Part shown: positions 8,740 through 17,343 of the stretch, piece after piece
How positions within the stretch are numbered: the first letter of the stretch is position 1
Layout of the letters: every line of letters starts with the position of its first letter
Assembly (NCBI GenBank): GCA_041494705.1
Contig: JBGQBI010000003.1
Span: forward strand, 90,001-122,000
DNA from: Candidatus Methanoperedens sp.
GTDB taxonomy: Archaea > Halobacteriota > Methanosarcinia > Methanosarcinales > Methanoperedenaceae
Direction of reading: 5' to 3'
Length of the DNA stretch: 32,000 nucleotides
The notes under the pieces: generated by a model
The model's database searches: none
The model's input: only the letters and a program-made list of their open reading frames with translations
What the model was told of the DNA's origin: nothing
Program-made: the position numbers and the translations under genes

Positions 8740-9150
8740 TTATTTCTTCTTTGGCTTCTCTTTCAGTAAGAATTTTAATAAATCCTTGCTAAGGCGCGTT
8801 TCCCGTCCCAATCTATTCAGTATATCAGTTTCTGATAAGCCCTGCGATTTCAGTTCTTCCATCCTGTCGAATACGGCAGGTTTTATCTCTGAATATTCAT
8901 TGATGTCTTTCCTGTGACCCCACACATCCCCTTCCAGAAGGGCAATTCCCTGCATGTCCAGGAACATCCGGGTTGAATTCGATATTGTCTTGATATAGGA
9001 ACTCGGGACATGTATGGCTTTCACATTGGGGCATGCCTGCACCAATGCGAAAATATCTTTGTTTGAAGGCCTGAAGGCAAGATGAATTATCTTTTCGCCT
9101 GTTCCAAGGGAGTTGATTTCCTCTTTTGAGCTTACTACTCGAATTCTCAT
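8740..9150 (-). CDS. Conserved archaeal protein of unknown function (resembles the DUF1699-type family known from Methanosarcinales; unverified)
   Basis: 136 aa with good coding character and a lysine-rich C-terminus. It has no recognisable catalytic motif. Confidence 0.5.
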   Translation of the reverse strand: MRIRVVSSKEEINSLGTGEKIIHLAFRPSNKDIFALVQACPNVKAIHVPSSYIKTISNSTRMFLDMQGIALLEGDVWGHRKDINEYSEIKPAVFDRMEELKSQGLSETDILNRLGRETRLSKDLLKFLLKEKPKKK

Positions 9151-9319
9151 ATTGTTTTACCTCTTTATTTTATATTATGTATTCTGCAACTTTTTTACTT
9201 AATATAAAAAATTAATCGAAATTTACAAGAATCATATTTACTTTTCACCATATAAATAATCTTCGTTTATTTAATGATATTTGGAATAAGTTATACTGTT
9301 AATATAAAATACAGATTTC

Positions 9320-10105
9320 CTATCCTTGTCCGTTTTTCTCTCTATTTTTTGAAGCCAGGCTGGCTATCCTTGCGGCAAATGCTCCCGCCACGAAACCCGC
9401 ATCGATATTCACGACCGCGAGCACGGAACAGGATTGGAGCATGGACAGGAGCGCAGCTTCTCCCTTCCCGCCGGCGCCGTAGCCGGTTGATACCGGAACC
9501 CCGATGACCGGGACGCCGACCAATCCTGATACTATTGCCGGGAGCGTCCCTTCACGTCCGGCTGCAACCACAATGGCGTCGACACCTGCTTCAACAAGTT
9601 TGGTTAATTCCGGGAATAACCTGTGGATTCCCGCCACGCCCACATCGTATATTGGAATAACAGAACACCCCATCTCCTCTGCTATCACCTTTGCTTCTTC
9701 TGCTACTGGAATATCTGCAGTTCCCGCTGAAATAACGCCTACTTTCCCGCCGTTTTTCCCTGCAGGCTCACCTAAGATAATAATTCTTGCCCGCTTTTCA
9801 AGCCTGATTTTTGCCCCGCATTCATGTGCTAACAATTTCAATGCCTTGTAATTTTCATCTTTAACCCGGGTTACAATAGCACGGCCTTCATTTTTGAAAA
9901 GGACTCGCGCAATGGATACCACCTCTTCACAGGTCTTGCAATCGGCGATAACAGCTTCGGGGATGCCAACCCTCTTAGTCCTGTGCACATCTACTCTGGC
10001 AATATCGGATAATAATTCAAAATTTGTTATCCGAAGCTGCAGTTCAGCTTCCTCAAGACTTATCTCTGAATTTTTTAATTTTCTGAGTACATCGGATAAT
10101 TCCAT
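9320..10105 (-). CDS. larB: LarB-like pyridinium-3,5-biscarboxylic acid mononucleotide synthase (PurE-like; nickel-pincer nucleotide cofactor biosynthesis)
   Basis: Family-typical motifs are GVISAGTADIPVAEEA, DVGVAGIHRL, VVAAGREGTLPAIVSGL and VIGVPVSTGYG. The ORF opens at 10210, but that N-terminal extension is hydrophobic junk. I prefer ATG 10105 (MELSDVLRKLKNSEISLEEAE). Confidence 0.8.
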   Translation of the reverse strand: MELSDVLRKLKNSEISLEEAELQLRITNFELLSDIARVDVHRTKRVGIPEAVIADCKTCEEVVSIARVLFKNEGRAIVTRVKDENYKALKLLAHECGAKIRLEKRARIIILGEPAGKNGGKVGVISAGTADIPVAEEAKVIAEEMGCSVIPIYDVGVAGIHRLFPELTKLVEAGVDAIVVAAGREGTLPAIVSGLVGVPVIGVPVSTGYGAGGKGEAALLSMLQSCSVLAVVNIDAGFVAGAFAARIASLASKNREKNGQG

Positions 10106-10317
10106 GCTCTTCAATACGATGACATATAGATTATTCTTATGCATCAATCCATGTGTGTGGTTCTTATTAGAAAATACTATAAAATAAAAATATAATGATA
10201 TTAAAACCAAAAGTTATTTATACAAAACAAAAGTTTAGATAAACAATAAAAACGGATAGGTATAGACAACGAAAATAGACAAAAACGTATTTGTCTAAAA
10301 CGGAAGGTTTGAGTAAG

Positions 10318-11274
10318 ATGAGTGTGAAATCATTTAATAAAACCATTATATCATTCATAATTTTAGCAGGATTCTTTTTTTTAGTCCCTGGTGTAAATGC
10401 TTCTGAAAATTCATGTATTGATTGCCATAAAACATTGACGCCATTTATTGAAGAGCAGCAGAAGTTCAACCAGATAAGAATAAGACATCTTGAAATAAAT
10501 GTTGGTTGCTCCCTTGAATGCCATGAAGAAAGGGTGAGGCAGCTTGCCACTGCGAACTACCAGCAGTGGTCTGAATCTGTCCATGCACTCAAAGGAGTGA
10601 CATGCGATGCCTGTCACGGGGGAGACCCAAAACAACCAACTAAAGAGAAAGCGCATGTAAACTTTAAGAATACCACTGACCCTGAAAGCCCTGTCTATTA
10701 TACCAATGTTCCAAAAACATGCGGAAAATGTCATTCTAATGAGCTTGCTAATTTTGAAACCAGCAAACATTACCAGAAACTTGAATCCCTGCAACTTGCG
10801 CCGACGTGCACAACGTGCCACGCCCCTCATACATTTACAGTCATGAATCCTGAAAATTTCAGGACTTCCTGCGGGAACTGCCATTCGGTGTATAAGAAAA
10901 TAGCGCCTTATGATATCCCGCTTAAGGCTGAAGACTTGCTGGGGAGAGTAAATAAATTGAAATTCAATATTGATATGACAAGGCAGGATATTTTCTGGGC
11001 CAAAAAGAACGGAACCGATGTAACACAGGCGGAGCAATTTGCAAATAATTCGCTGACAGAGCTTCAGAATCTTGCGCCCATGTGGCATGAATTCAATCTA
11101 ACGCATTTTGAAGATCAATTGGATGCAGCCAACAAAGATATAAGGAAAGCTGAAACGCTTGTTAAGCCCACCGGAACTCCAACAAGCACGCCAGTTCCAA
11201 GGACGCCTGGCTTTATAGGATTGACAGGGATAATCACACTGTTGGCTATGTGGTACCTGATAAGAAGAAAATAG
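10318..11274 (+). CDS. Secreted multiheme c-type cytochrome (5 CxxCH plus 1 CxxxCH) with a PGF-CTERM archaeosortase sorting signal
   Basis: Heme motifs are CIDCH, CSLECH (CX3CH), CDACH, CGKCH, CTTCH and CGNCH. A signal peptide is present (KTIISFIILAGFFFLVPGVNASE). The C-terminus has a Pro/Thr linker, then PGFIGLTGIITLLAMWYLIRRK. The ORF-track start at 10291 is TTG; ATG 10318 follows a GGAAGG tract and is preferred. Confidence 0.9.
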   Translation: MSVKSFNKTIISFIILAGFFFLVPGVNASENSCIDCHKTLTPFIEEQQKFNQIRIRHLEINVGCSLECHEERVRQLATANYQQWSESVHALKGVTCDACHGGDPKQPTKEKAHVNFKNTTDPESPVYYTNVPKTCGKCHSNELANFETSKHYQKLESLQLAPTCTTCHAPHTFTVMNPENFRTSCGNCHSVYKKIAPYDIPLKAEDLLGRVNKLKFNIDMTRQDIFWAKKNGTDVTQAEQFANNSLTELQNLAPMWHEFNLTHFEDQLDAANKDIRKAETLVKPTGTPTSTPVPRTPGFIGLTGIITLLAMWYLIRRK

Positions 11275-11338
11275 TGATAAAGGGATGGCAAAAACGATTT
11301 ATGAATCCGGAAGAACCCCTTTTGTTGGTGAGTAACTG

Positions 11339-11788
11339 ATGCAGCCGCATTTGAAGAAAGCATTTACTTTACTGGCGCTTGCGATAATTGCATTTATCTT
11401 CGTAAGGTCACTTGTTGTGCCTTCGTCGTTTGGACAATACGGATGGTACAGGGGCGACTCTCTCGGAGATATCAAAGGTTTTCCGGTGGAATATGCAGGT
11501 TCCGCAAGCTGCGGTGAAGAGAATTGCCATAAGCTCATTTATTCGGTATGGGTTACTGACAGGCATAAAACCGTAAACTGTGAAACATGCCATGGTCCTT
11601 CTGGAAAACACGTTAACAATATAAGGGAAATGCCAGTGCCTGCAAATGATTCAAGGGACTATTGCGGGATATGTCATTATAAACGTGCAGCAAGACCAAC
11701 CACTTTCCCGCAGATAGACCCGGCTGTTCATGGGGAGGACCTGAAATGCACTTATTGTCACAATCCTCACAAGCCGTGGTTCATATGA
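11339..11788 (+). CDS. Small membrane-anchored tetraheme c-type cytochrome (3 CxxCH plus 1 CX4CH)
   Basis: 149 aa with an N-terminal TM helix (AFTLLALAIIAFIFV). Heme motifs are CGEENCH, CETCH, CGICH and CTYCH. Confidence 0.85.
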   Translation: MQPHLKKAFTLLALAIIAFIFVRSLVVPSSFGQYGWYRGDSLGDIKGFPVEYAGSASCGEENCHKLIYSVWVTDRHKTVNCETCHGPSGKHVNNIREMPVPANDSRDYCGICHYKRAARPTTFPQIDPAVHGEDLKCTYCHNPHKPWFI

Positions 11789-11795
11789 ACGGAGA

Positions 11796-12572
11796 ATGAA
11801 AATGGAAGTTACAAGACGCGAATTCACAAGAATCGGGTGCAAAGTAATAATAGGGGCTGCCGCAGGCTCTGCCGTTATCGAATCCGTAGTAATGAAAGGC
11901 ATGGCGGCAGAAAATATCCCGGCAGGTGAATATGATTGGAATGAGCATTTCTGGGGTTATGTTGTCGATACGCGTATATGCATAGGCTGCGGAAGATGCG
12001 CAAACGCCTGCAAACTTGAAAACCATGTTCCTTTCGATGAACCTGTTTACAGGACATGGGTTGAAAGGTACCGGACAAAACAGGATGGGGAAGTAGTTAT
12101 AGATTCACCCAATGGAAGTATCGACGGCTTCACTGATGATATCCCGCCTGAAGAAATTAAAAAGGCTTTCTATGTTCCTAAAATTTGCAATCATTGTGAT
12201 AATCCACCCTGCGTCCAGGTTTGTCCGGTAGGGGCAACGTTTGCGACAAAGGACGGTGTTGTACTCGTGGATTACCAATACTGCATTGGATGCCGGTATT
12301 GTATCCAGGGCTGCCCGTATGGTGCCAGGTATTTTAACACTGAAAAGGGGACTGCGGATAAATGTACATGGTGCTATCACAGGATTACAAAGGGTCTTTT
12401 GCCCGCCTGTGTACAGGCATGTCCCACAGGGGCCCGGAAATTCGGAGACCTCAAGGATCCTGACAGCATCGTCAATAAAATCCTGGATGAAGAAAGAATC
12501 AATGTCCTTAAACCGGACCTTGGCACAAAACCCAAAGTCTACTATGTAGGAATGGACAGGGAAGTGCGATGA
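11796..12572 (+). CDS. Tat-exported 4Fe-4S cluster subunit, NrfC/PsrB/DmsB type
   Basis: A twin-arginine signal is present (MKMEVTRREFTRIGCKVIIGAAAGSAV). Four Cys clusters are visible: CIGCGRCANAC, CNHCDNPPCVQVCP, CIGCRYCIQGCP and CTWC...PACVQACP. Confidence 0.9.
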   Translation: MKMEVTRREFTRIGCKVIIGAAAGSAVIESVVMKGMAAENIPAGEYDWNEHFWGYVVDTRICIGCGRCANACKLENHVPFDEPVYRTWVERYRTKQDGEVVIDSPNGSIDGFTDDIPPEEIKKAFYVPKICNHCDNPPCVQVCPVGATFATKDGVVLVDYQYCIGCRYCIQGCPYGARYFNTEKGTADKCTWCYHRITKGLLPACVQACPTGARKFGDLKDPDSIVNKILDEERINVLKPDLGTKPKVYYVGMDREVR

Positions 12573-13741
12573 TGGAAAACCTAATCTGGGGATTCGTGTA
12601 TCCCAACGAAGTTGAAATACAATGGAGCATACTGATTGTATTATATCCTTATATCACGGGGCTTGTGGCAGGAGCGTTCATAGCATCGTCGCTGTATCAC
12701 GTTTTCGGTAAACAGGAAGTAAAGCCTGTAGCAAGATTCGCTCTTCTTACCGCATTATCCTTCCTTCTTGTCGCGACCATGCCTCTTCTTACACATCTCG
12801 GACATCCCGAACGGGGCATTGAAATCATGTTTACGCCCCATGTAACCTCTGCAATGTCGGGATTCGGGTATATTTATTCATTTTATCTCATAGTCGTTGT
12901 GCTTGAGATATGGCTTTCTTTCAGGGAGGATATTGTCAAAAAAGCGCACAACTCCAAAGGATGGAAAGAGCTTTTATATTCGGCTCTGGCTCTTTTCTCG
13001 TACGATATATCTGAAAAAGCTTTGCATGAAGACGAGAAACTTGCAAAGAAACTTGCAATAATAGGCATCCCGTCGGCTGCGTTCCTTCACGGGTATGTTG
13101 GTTTCATATTCGGCGGTATAAAGGCAAATCCCTGGTGGTCAACTCCCCTCATGCCACTCATATTCCTGATGTCTGCCATTGTGTCCGGAATAGCGCTTTT
13201 GATTTTACTGTATATCGCTTCCATGAAGATCCGGAAACATGCTATTGACCACAAGTGCCTTCATTCACTGGCGCATTACCTGTGGGTTTTCCTTATATTT
13301 GATGTCACTCTGGAATTGCTTGAGATTATCAGTATGAAATATGCTTCCCGGGAAGAAGTCGATATTATCAACAGGCTTCTGTCAGATAAAATCGCATTTA
13401 CTTTTTATGGGGTGCAATTGACAATGGGCATCTTCATCCCGTTCGTGCTGCTGCTTCTGGTAGGTATTATAAAGAACCGTGAAACACTCAAGATGATCAT
13501 GATATCAATCTCATCTATTTTTGTTATAATCGGAGTTTTCGCAATGAGATGGAACGTGGTCATTGGCGGGCAGGAAATATCAAAAAGCCTTAGCGGAACA
13601 CTTACATACGTCCCGGTTTTCTTTAGCCAGGAGGGCGTACTGCCAGCGATAATAATATTGATAATTCCATTTGTAATCCTGAGAGTAATAACCTATATAC
13701 TTCCTCCATGGGCAGACATGGAAGAAGAAGCAGCCAAATGA
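12569..13741 (+). CDS. NrfD/PsrC-type integral membrane quinone-interacting subunit
   Basis: 390 aa and polytopic. The N-terminus WSILIVLYPYITGLVAGAFIASSLYHVFG is typical of the NrfD family. A 4-nt overlap (ATGA) with the FeS subunit gene indicates coupling. Confidence 0.85.
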   Translation: MMENLIWGFVYPNEVEIQWSILIVLYPYITGLVAGAFIASSLYHVFGKQEVKPVARFALLTALSFLLVATMPLLTHLGHPERGIEIMFTPHVTSAMSGFGYIYSFYLIVVVLEIWLSFREDIVKKAHNSKGWKELLYSALALFSYDISEKALHEDEKLAKKLAIIGIPSAAFLHGYVGFIFGGIKANPWWSTPLMPLIFLMSAIVSGIALLILLYIASMKIRKHAIDHKCLHSLAHYLWVFLIFDVTLELLEIISMKYASREEVDIINRLLSDKIAFTFYGVQLTMGIFIPFVLLLLVGIIKNRETLKMIMISISSIFVIIGVFAMRWNVVIGGQEISKSLSGTLTYVPVFFSQEGVLPAIIILIIPFVILRVITYILPPWADMEEEAAK

Positions 13742-13748
13742 AAAATCA

Positions 13749-15584
13749 CTATGTTTCGTGGTTAAGCCGGAAAGTCACAATGGAAGGATTTTCCATGATT
13801 CGGTAAGCGGCGTCAATATCTTTTCCTATTTTCACATCACCTTTCCGTCCTACTGTCGCTGTTAAAAGATAATCTTCGCCCGTATAAACATCCACGATTT
13901 CCCCGGATAATCCTTTGACTGTCAATACGACATACTTCTTTGCACGCTCAACCACAGGCATGAAACTTGAAATCTCATGTTTTCCTGTTCTTTTCTTTTT
14001 TTCCTTTTCTCTGATATCCAGGTGAATCCCGAGTTTTCTTTCTATCTGGTCGATATTCTTCCCGCCTTTCCCTATAACACCCGCTATATCTTCCTCATCA
14101 ACATAAACTGTGGCGCTGGAATCGGAAACGACATCAACATTCACTTCACCGCGAGTGTATCTTTGTATTTCTTTCTGTATCTCCCCGACCGCCAGGGCCC
14201 AGGTGCCGGGACGTTCCTTCTCAATCCCGGAGACAGGCATCACTACAACCTGCTCCCCGTAAGTGTATATCTCATACTCAATATTGCCAGTCTCAAAATC
14301 AGCTACGGTTATCACAGGCCGCGCTAAATCCTGCTCGACCATCCCGTGCGGGACTTTCACCGTGAATTTAATATCATATACCTTGGAAATTTCGCCTTTA
14401 TCTATGAAAACCACTGTATCCACGACCTGTGGTATTATCCCGAGTTCAACACGTCCGATAAGTCTCTGTATTGCATCTACCGCCCGTGTGGCATGAACAA
14501 CTCCAATCATCCCCACGCCCGCCATCCTCATGTCCGCGAATACCTGGAAATCCCTGGTTTTCCTGACCTCGTCATAAACCGTATAATCCGGCCTGACCAG
14601 CAGCAGGATATCTGCAGTTTTTTCCATATCGCCTCTTATCGGCGCATACTGCGTTATTGCATCGGTTACCTGTAAATCGCGCGGCGATTCCATTGTTTTT
14701 ACGATAAAACCCTGTTCGTACAATACCTCTGCCACACTTGCAGCAAATGTGGATTTCCCTGCGCCGGGCGGACCGGCGACAAGCACTCCCCGCTGCCTTT
14801 CGATAATCCGTGCTTTAAGCTCCCTGCTCAGCCTGTAATCATCGAGCCTGACGTTAGCGATGGGTCTTACCGCTGTTATTTCCGTGCCGTCTGAAAACGG
14901 GGGCTGGGCAACGGCTATACGCATCGAGCCTATCTGGAATACCATGACGCCTTCGTATTCTATTTCAAGATGCGATTCCGGGTCACGCTTTGCCCTTTCG
15001 ATAAATTCCTTTATGATTGCATGAAGCTCGGATTCCGAACATTCACTGTCCCTTATCTTTACAAGTTTTTGTTTACCTACGCTGCCCCTTTTCGCCATTG
15101 GAATAACATTTGCCTTAAGGTGCACTGAAAGAGTATCATCCGTGAAAAAGTCTTCAATCGTGAGGGATTTCAACTCTTCCATAAGCGGCATAAGATATTC
15201 CACGTTCAACCCTTTGGCCCGGGCGACTTCAGCCTGCACCCTGTCGCTTGTAATAAAAATAGCACTATTCTCAACAGCCACGGCGCGTATCATTGAATCT
15301 ATCTCGCCGGCGGATGCAAGCTTTATCTGTTCGAGGGAGGGTCTTTTTCCTGTGAACTCAAGCCGTATTTCCCCATTTTTTGCCATGTCGCTTAGTTCTT
15401 TTAATTCCTCAAGCCCTTTGAACCCTGTTTCTTTTCCCCGGTTTGCCTGCGCTTCCAGTTCGGAAACCAGCGCCTCGGGAACAATGACCCTGGCATTCTT
15501 GAATTCACCGGCCTTCAATTTTGCAGTAATACGCCCGTCAATGATAACACTTGTATCGGGAACTATGGAAAACTCATCATTCAT
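13749..15584 (-). CDS. PIN domain / P-loop ATPase / KH domain protein (archaeal PilT-family ATPase with PIN and KH domains)
   Basis: The N-terminus has a PIN-like IVPDTSVIIDGR motif. Walker A is GPPGAGKSTFA, and a C-terminal KH motif IAGVIGKGGKNIDQIERKLG is present. The ORF opens at 15737; I prefer ATG 15584 (MNDEFSIVPDTS). Confidence 0.8.
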   Translation of the reverse strand: MNDEFSIVPDTSVIIDGRITAKLKAGEFKNARVIVPEALVSELEAQANRGKETGFKGLEELKELSDMAKNGEIRLEFTGKRPSLEQIKLASAGEIDSMIRAVAVENSAIFITSDRVQAEVARAKGLNVEYLMPLMEELKSLTIEDFFTDDTLSVHLKANVIPMAKRGSVGKQKLVKIRDSECSESELHAIIKEFIERAKRDPESHLEIEYEGVMVFQIGSMRIAVAQPPFSDGTEITAVRPIANVRLDDYRLSRELKARIIERQRGVLVAGPPGAGKSTFAASVAEVLYEQGFIVKTMESPRDLQVTDAITQYAPIRGDMEKTADILLLVRPDYTVYDEVRKTRDFQVFADMRMAGVGMIGVVHATRAVDAIQRLIGRVELGIIPQVVDTVVFIDKGEISKVYDIKFTVKVPHGMVEQDLARPVITVADFETGNIEYEIYTYGEQVVVMPVSGIEKERPGTWALAVGEIQKEIQRYTRGEVNVDVVSDSSATVYVDEEDIAGVIGKGGKNIDQIERKLGIHLDIREKEKKKRTGKHEISSFMPVVERAKKYVVLTVKGLSGEIVDVYTGEDYLLTATVGRKGDVKIGKDIDAAYRIMENPSIVTFRLNHET

Positions 15585-15857
15585 AATAATACAGATAATT
15601 CTTTTGATGCTAAATATATTCTCGGATTCAACGGATAACCGGGATATTTTTTTAATACGCACCATCCATCCATACCATCCAAATTTATAGGAAACTATAT
15701 ATGTAGGTAAACGGTAGCTTGTAGTCGGTCTTGACATATCCTTTGAGGCAACCTCTCAATTTGGGAAAATAGATTGTAACAGTTGATTCAAAGTTTAGCG
15801 AATCTACATTTGTCAAAAAAGGATATGTTGGGACCACAAACTTCAAAGGAGAAAAAA

Positions 15858-15986
15858 ATGATAGCACCTGAAACATTTCCAGAATCCAAAGATAATAGCA
15901 TAGAATGGATAATTACACAGGCGAGAGATGCAAATCGAAAAGCTGTGATAACACAGAATGATTTATTAACACATATAGTAATTTAG
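15858..15986 (+). CDS. Candidate small ORF (42 aa) upstream of glnA; hypothetical
   Basis: ATG 15858 is preceded by AAGGAG with 6-nt spacing. The product would be MIAPETFPESKDNSIEWIITQARDANRKAVITQNDLLTHIVI. The ORF track extends the frame to TTG 15783. There is no recognisable family and no independent support. Confidence 0.25.
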   Translation: MIAPETFPESKDNSIEWIITQARDANRKAVITQNDLLTHIVI

Positions 15987-16009
15987 GTTTAAAACTAAGG
16001 GTGATGATT

Positions 16010-17335
16010 ATGATTAAAACAAACGAAGATGTATTAAGCTCGATAGAAGAAAACCAGGTACGATTTTTAAGACTCCAGTTTGTAGACATCGGGGGGAATG
16101 TCAAGAACGTGGGTATCCCCGTATCACAGGCTGAAAAAGCATTGAAATCGGGTATAGCTTTTGATGGTTCTTCAATCGAGGGATTTGTCAGGATAGAAGA
16201 ATCCGATATGGTGCTGAAACCGGATATCAATACTTACAGGATTCTTCCATGGGACGTAAGCGGCGGCAAGGTCGCAAGAATGATTTGTGATGTCTATAAG
16301 CCCAACGGCAAGCCTTTTGAGGGCGACCCGCGCTTTGTTTTGAAGAGGGCGATACAGGAAGCTGCAAAACGCGGATATGTTATGAATAATGGCCCTGAGC
16401 TTGAATTCTTTTTCTTTAAACGAAAAGACGACCAGGCAACCAACATACCGCATGACTTCGGGGGCTATTTTGATTTCCCTCCCATTGACCAGGCAGAAGA
16501 AATCCGCCAGAACATCGTTGTAGCGCTTGAAAACATGGGCTTTAACATAGAAGCTTCCCACCACGAAGTCTCTATGGGACAGCATGAGATAGATTTCAAG
16601 TATGCAGATGCATTAACCACTGCTGATAATGTCATTACGTTCAAGTTTGTCACGAAAACCATTGCGCGCATGAGCAACCTGCATGCCTCCTTCATGCCAA
16701 AACCTGTTTTTGGAATAAACGGTTCAGGTATGCACACAAACATATCCCTTTTCAAGGGGAACAAGAATGCTTTCTATGATGAGACAATGGATATGGAAGT
16801 AAGCGACACGCTGCGATATTTCGTAGGCGGATTGAAGAAACATGTAAAATCCTTCACAGCGGTCACAAACCCGATCGTGAACTCATATAAGAGGATAGTA
16901 CCGGGTTATGAAGCGCCTGTGTATATCGCCTGGTCGGGCGCCAACCGCTCATCCATGATACGCATACCTGCAGCCAGGGGCATGAGCACGCGCGTCGAAC
17001 TCAGGAGCCCTGACCCGTCATGCAACCCGTACCTGTCCTTCGCTGTTATCTTAATGGCAGGACTTGACGGTGTTGAGAACCAGATTGACCCTGGCGAGCC
17101 GACCACGCTTAACCTCTTCCACCTGAACGATGAAGAGCGAAAGAGCCATGGAATAGAATCACTCCCAGGCAGCCTGAAAGAGGCGCTGGACTACCTGGAA
17201 ACCGATAGCATAATACGGGATGCCCTTGGAGAACATGTATATACCGATTTCATGAGGCTTGGAAGGGCTGAATGGGATGCATACAGGACAAGCGTACATG
17301 ACTGGGAACTTAACCGCTATCTGAATATCGTGTAG
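16010..17335 (+). CDS. glnA: Glutamine synthetase, type I
   Basis: GS motifs are VRFLRLQFVDIGG, NGPELEFFFF, HHEVSMGQHEIDF, NGSGMHTNISL and RIPAARGMSTRVELRSPDPSCNPYL. GTG 16001, ATG 16004 and ATG 16010 are all possible starts. GGGTGAT lies just upstream of 16010. Confidence 0.93.
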   Translation: MIKTNEDVLSSIEENQVRFLRLQFVDIGGNVKNVGIPVSQAEKALKSGIAFDGSSIEGFVRIEESDMVLKPDINTYRILPWDVSGGKVARMICDVYKPNGKPFEGDPRFVLKRAIQEAAKRGYVMNNGPELEFFFFKRKDDQATNIPHDFGGYFDFPPIDQAEEIRQNIVVALENMGFNIEASHHEVSMGQHEIDFKYADALTTADNVITFKFVTKTIARMSNLHASFMPKPVFGINGSGMHTNISLFKGNKNAFYDETMDMEVSDTLRYFVGGLKKHVKSFTAVTNPIVNSYKRIVPGYEAPVYIAWSGANRSSMIRIPAARGMSTRVELRSPDPSCNPYLSFAVILMAGLDGVENQIDPGEPTTLNLFHLNDEERKSHGIESLPGSLKEALDYLETDSIIRDALGEHVYTDFMRLGRAEWDAYRTSVHDWELNRYLNIV

Positions 17336-17343
17336 AAATGTGA

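Noticed and set aside
9274-10187. Plus-strand ORFs (77, 115 and 97 aa) opposite larB
   Set aside because: Their Pro/Thr/Ser/Ala-rich composition is typical of translating a GC-richer gene in antisense. The minus strand carries an unambiguous LarB/PurE-like protein.
10106-10317. Long N-terminal extensions offered by the ORF track: larB from 10210, the cytochrome from TTG 10291, the PIN-ATPase from 15737 and the PQQ-like protein from 24829
   Set aside because: - The extensions are hydrophobic or low-complexity and lack family resemblance.
- The internal ATGs coincide with conserved N-termini or signal peptides, and in two cases with good SD tracts.
- The 24829 start would add an ERRR-containing n-region, which is only weakly Tat-like. 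It is kept as an alternative.
15585-16009. NrpR operator upstream of glnA
   Set aside because: I scanned by eye for GGAA-N6-TTCC and ACC-N7-GGT and found no perfect match. I found only a GAAA-N2-TTTC palindrome at about 15871-15880, inside the candidate small ORF. No operator is called.
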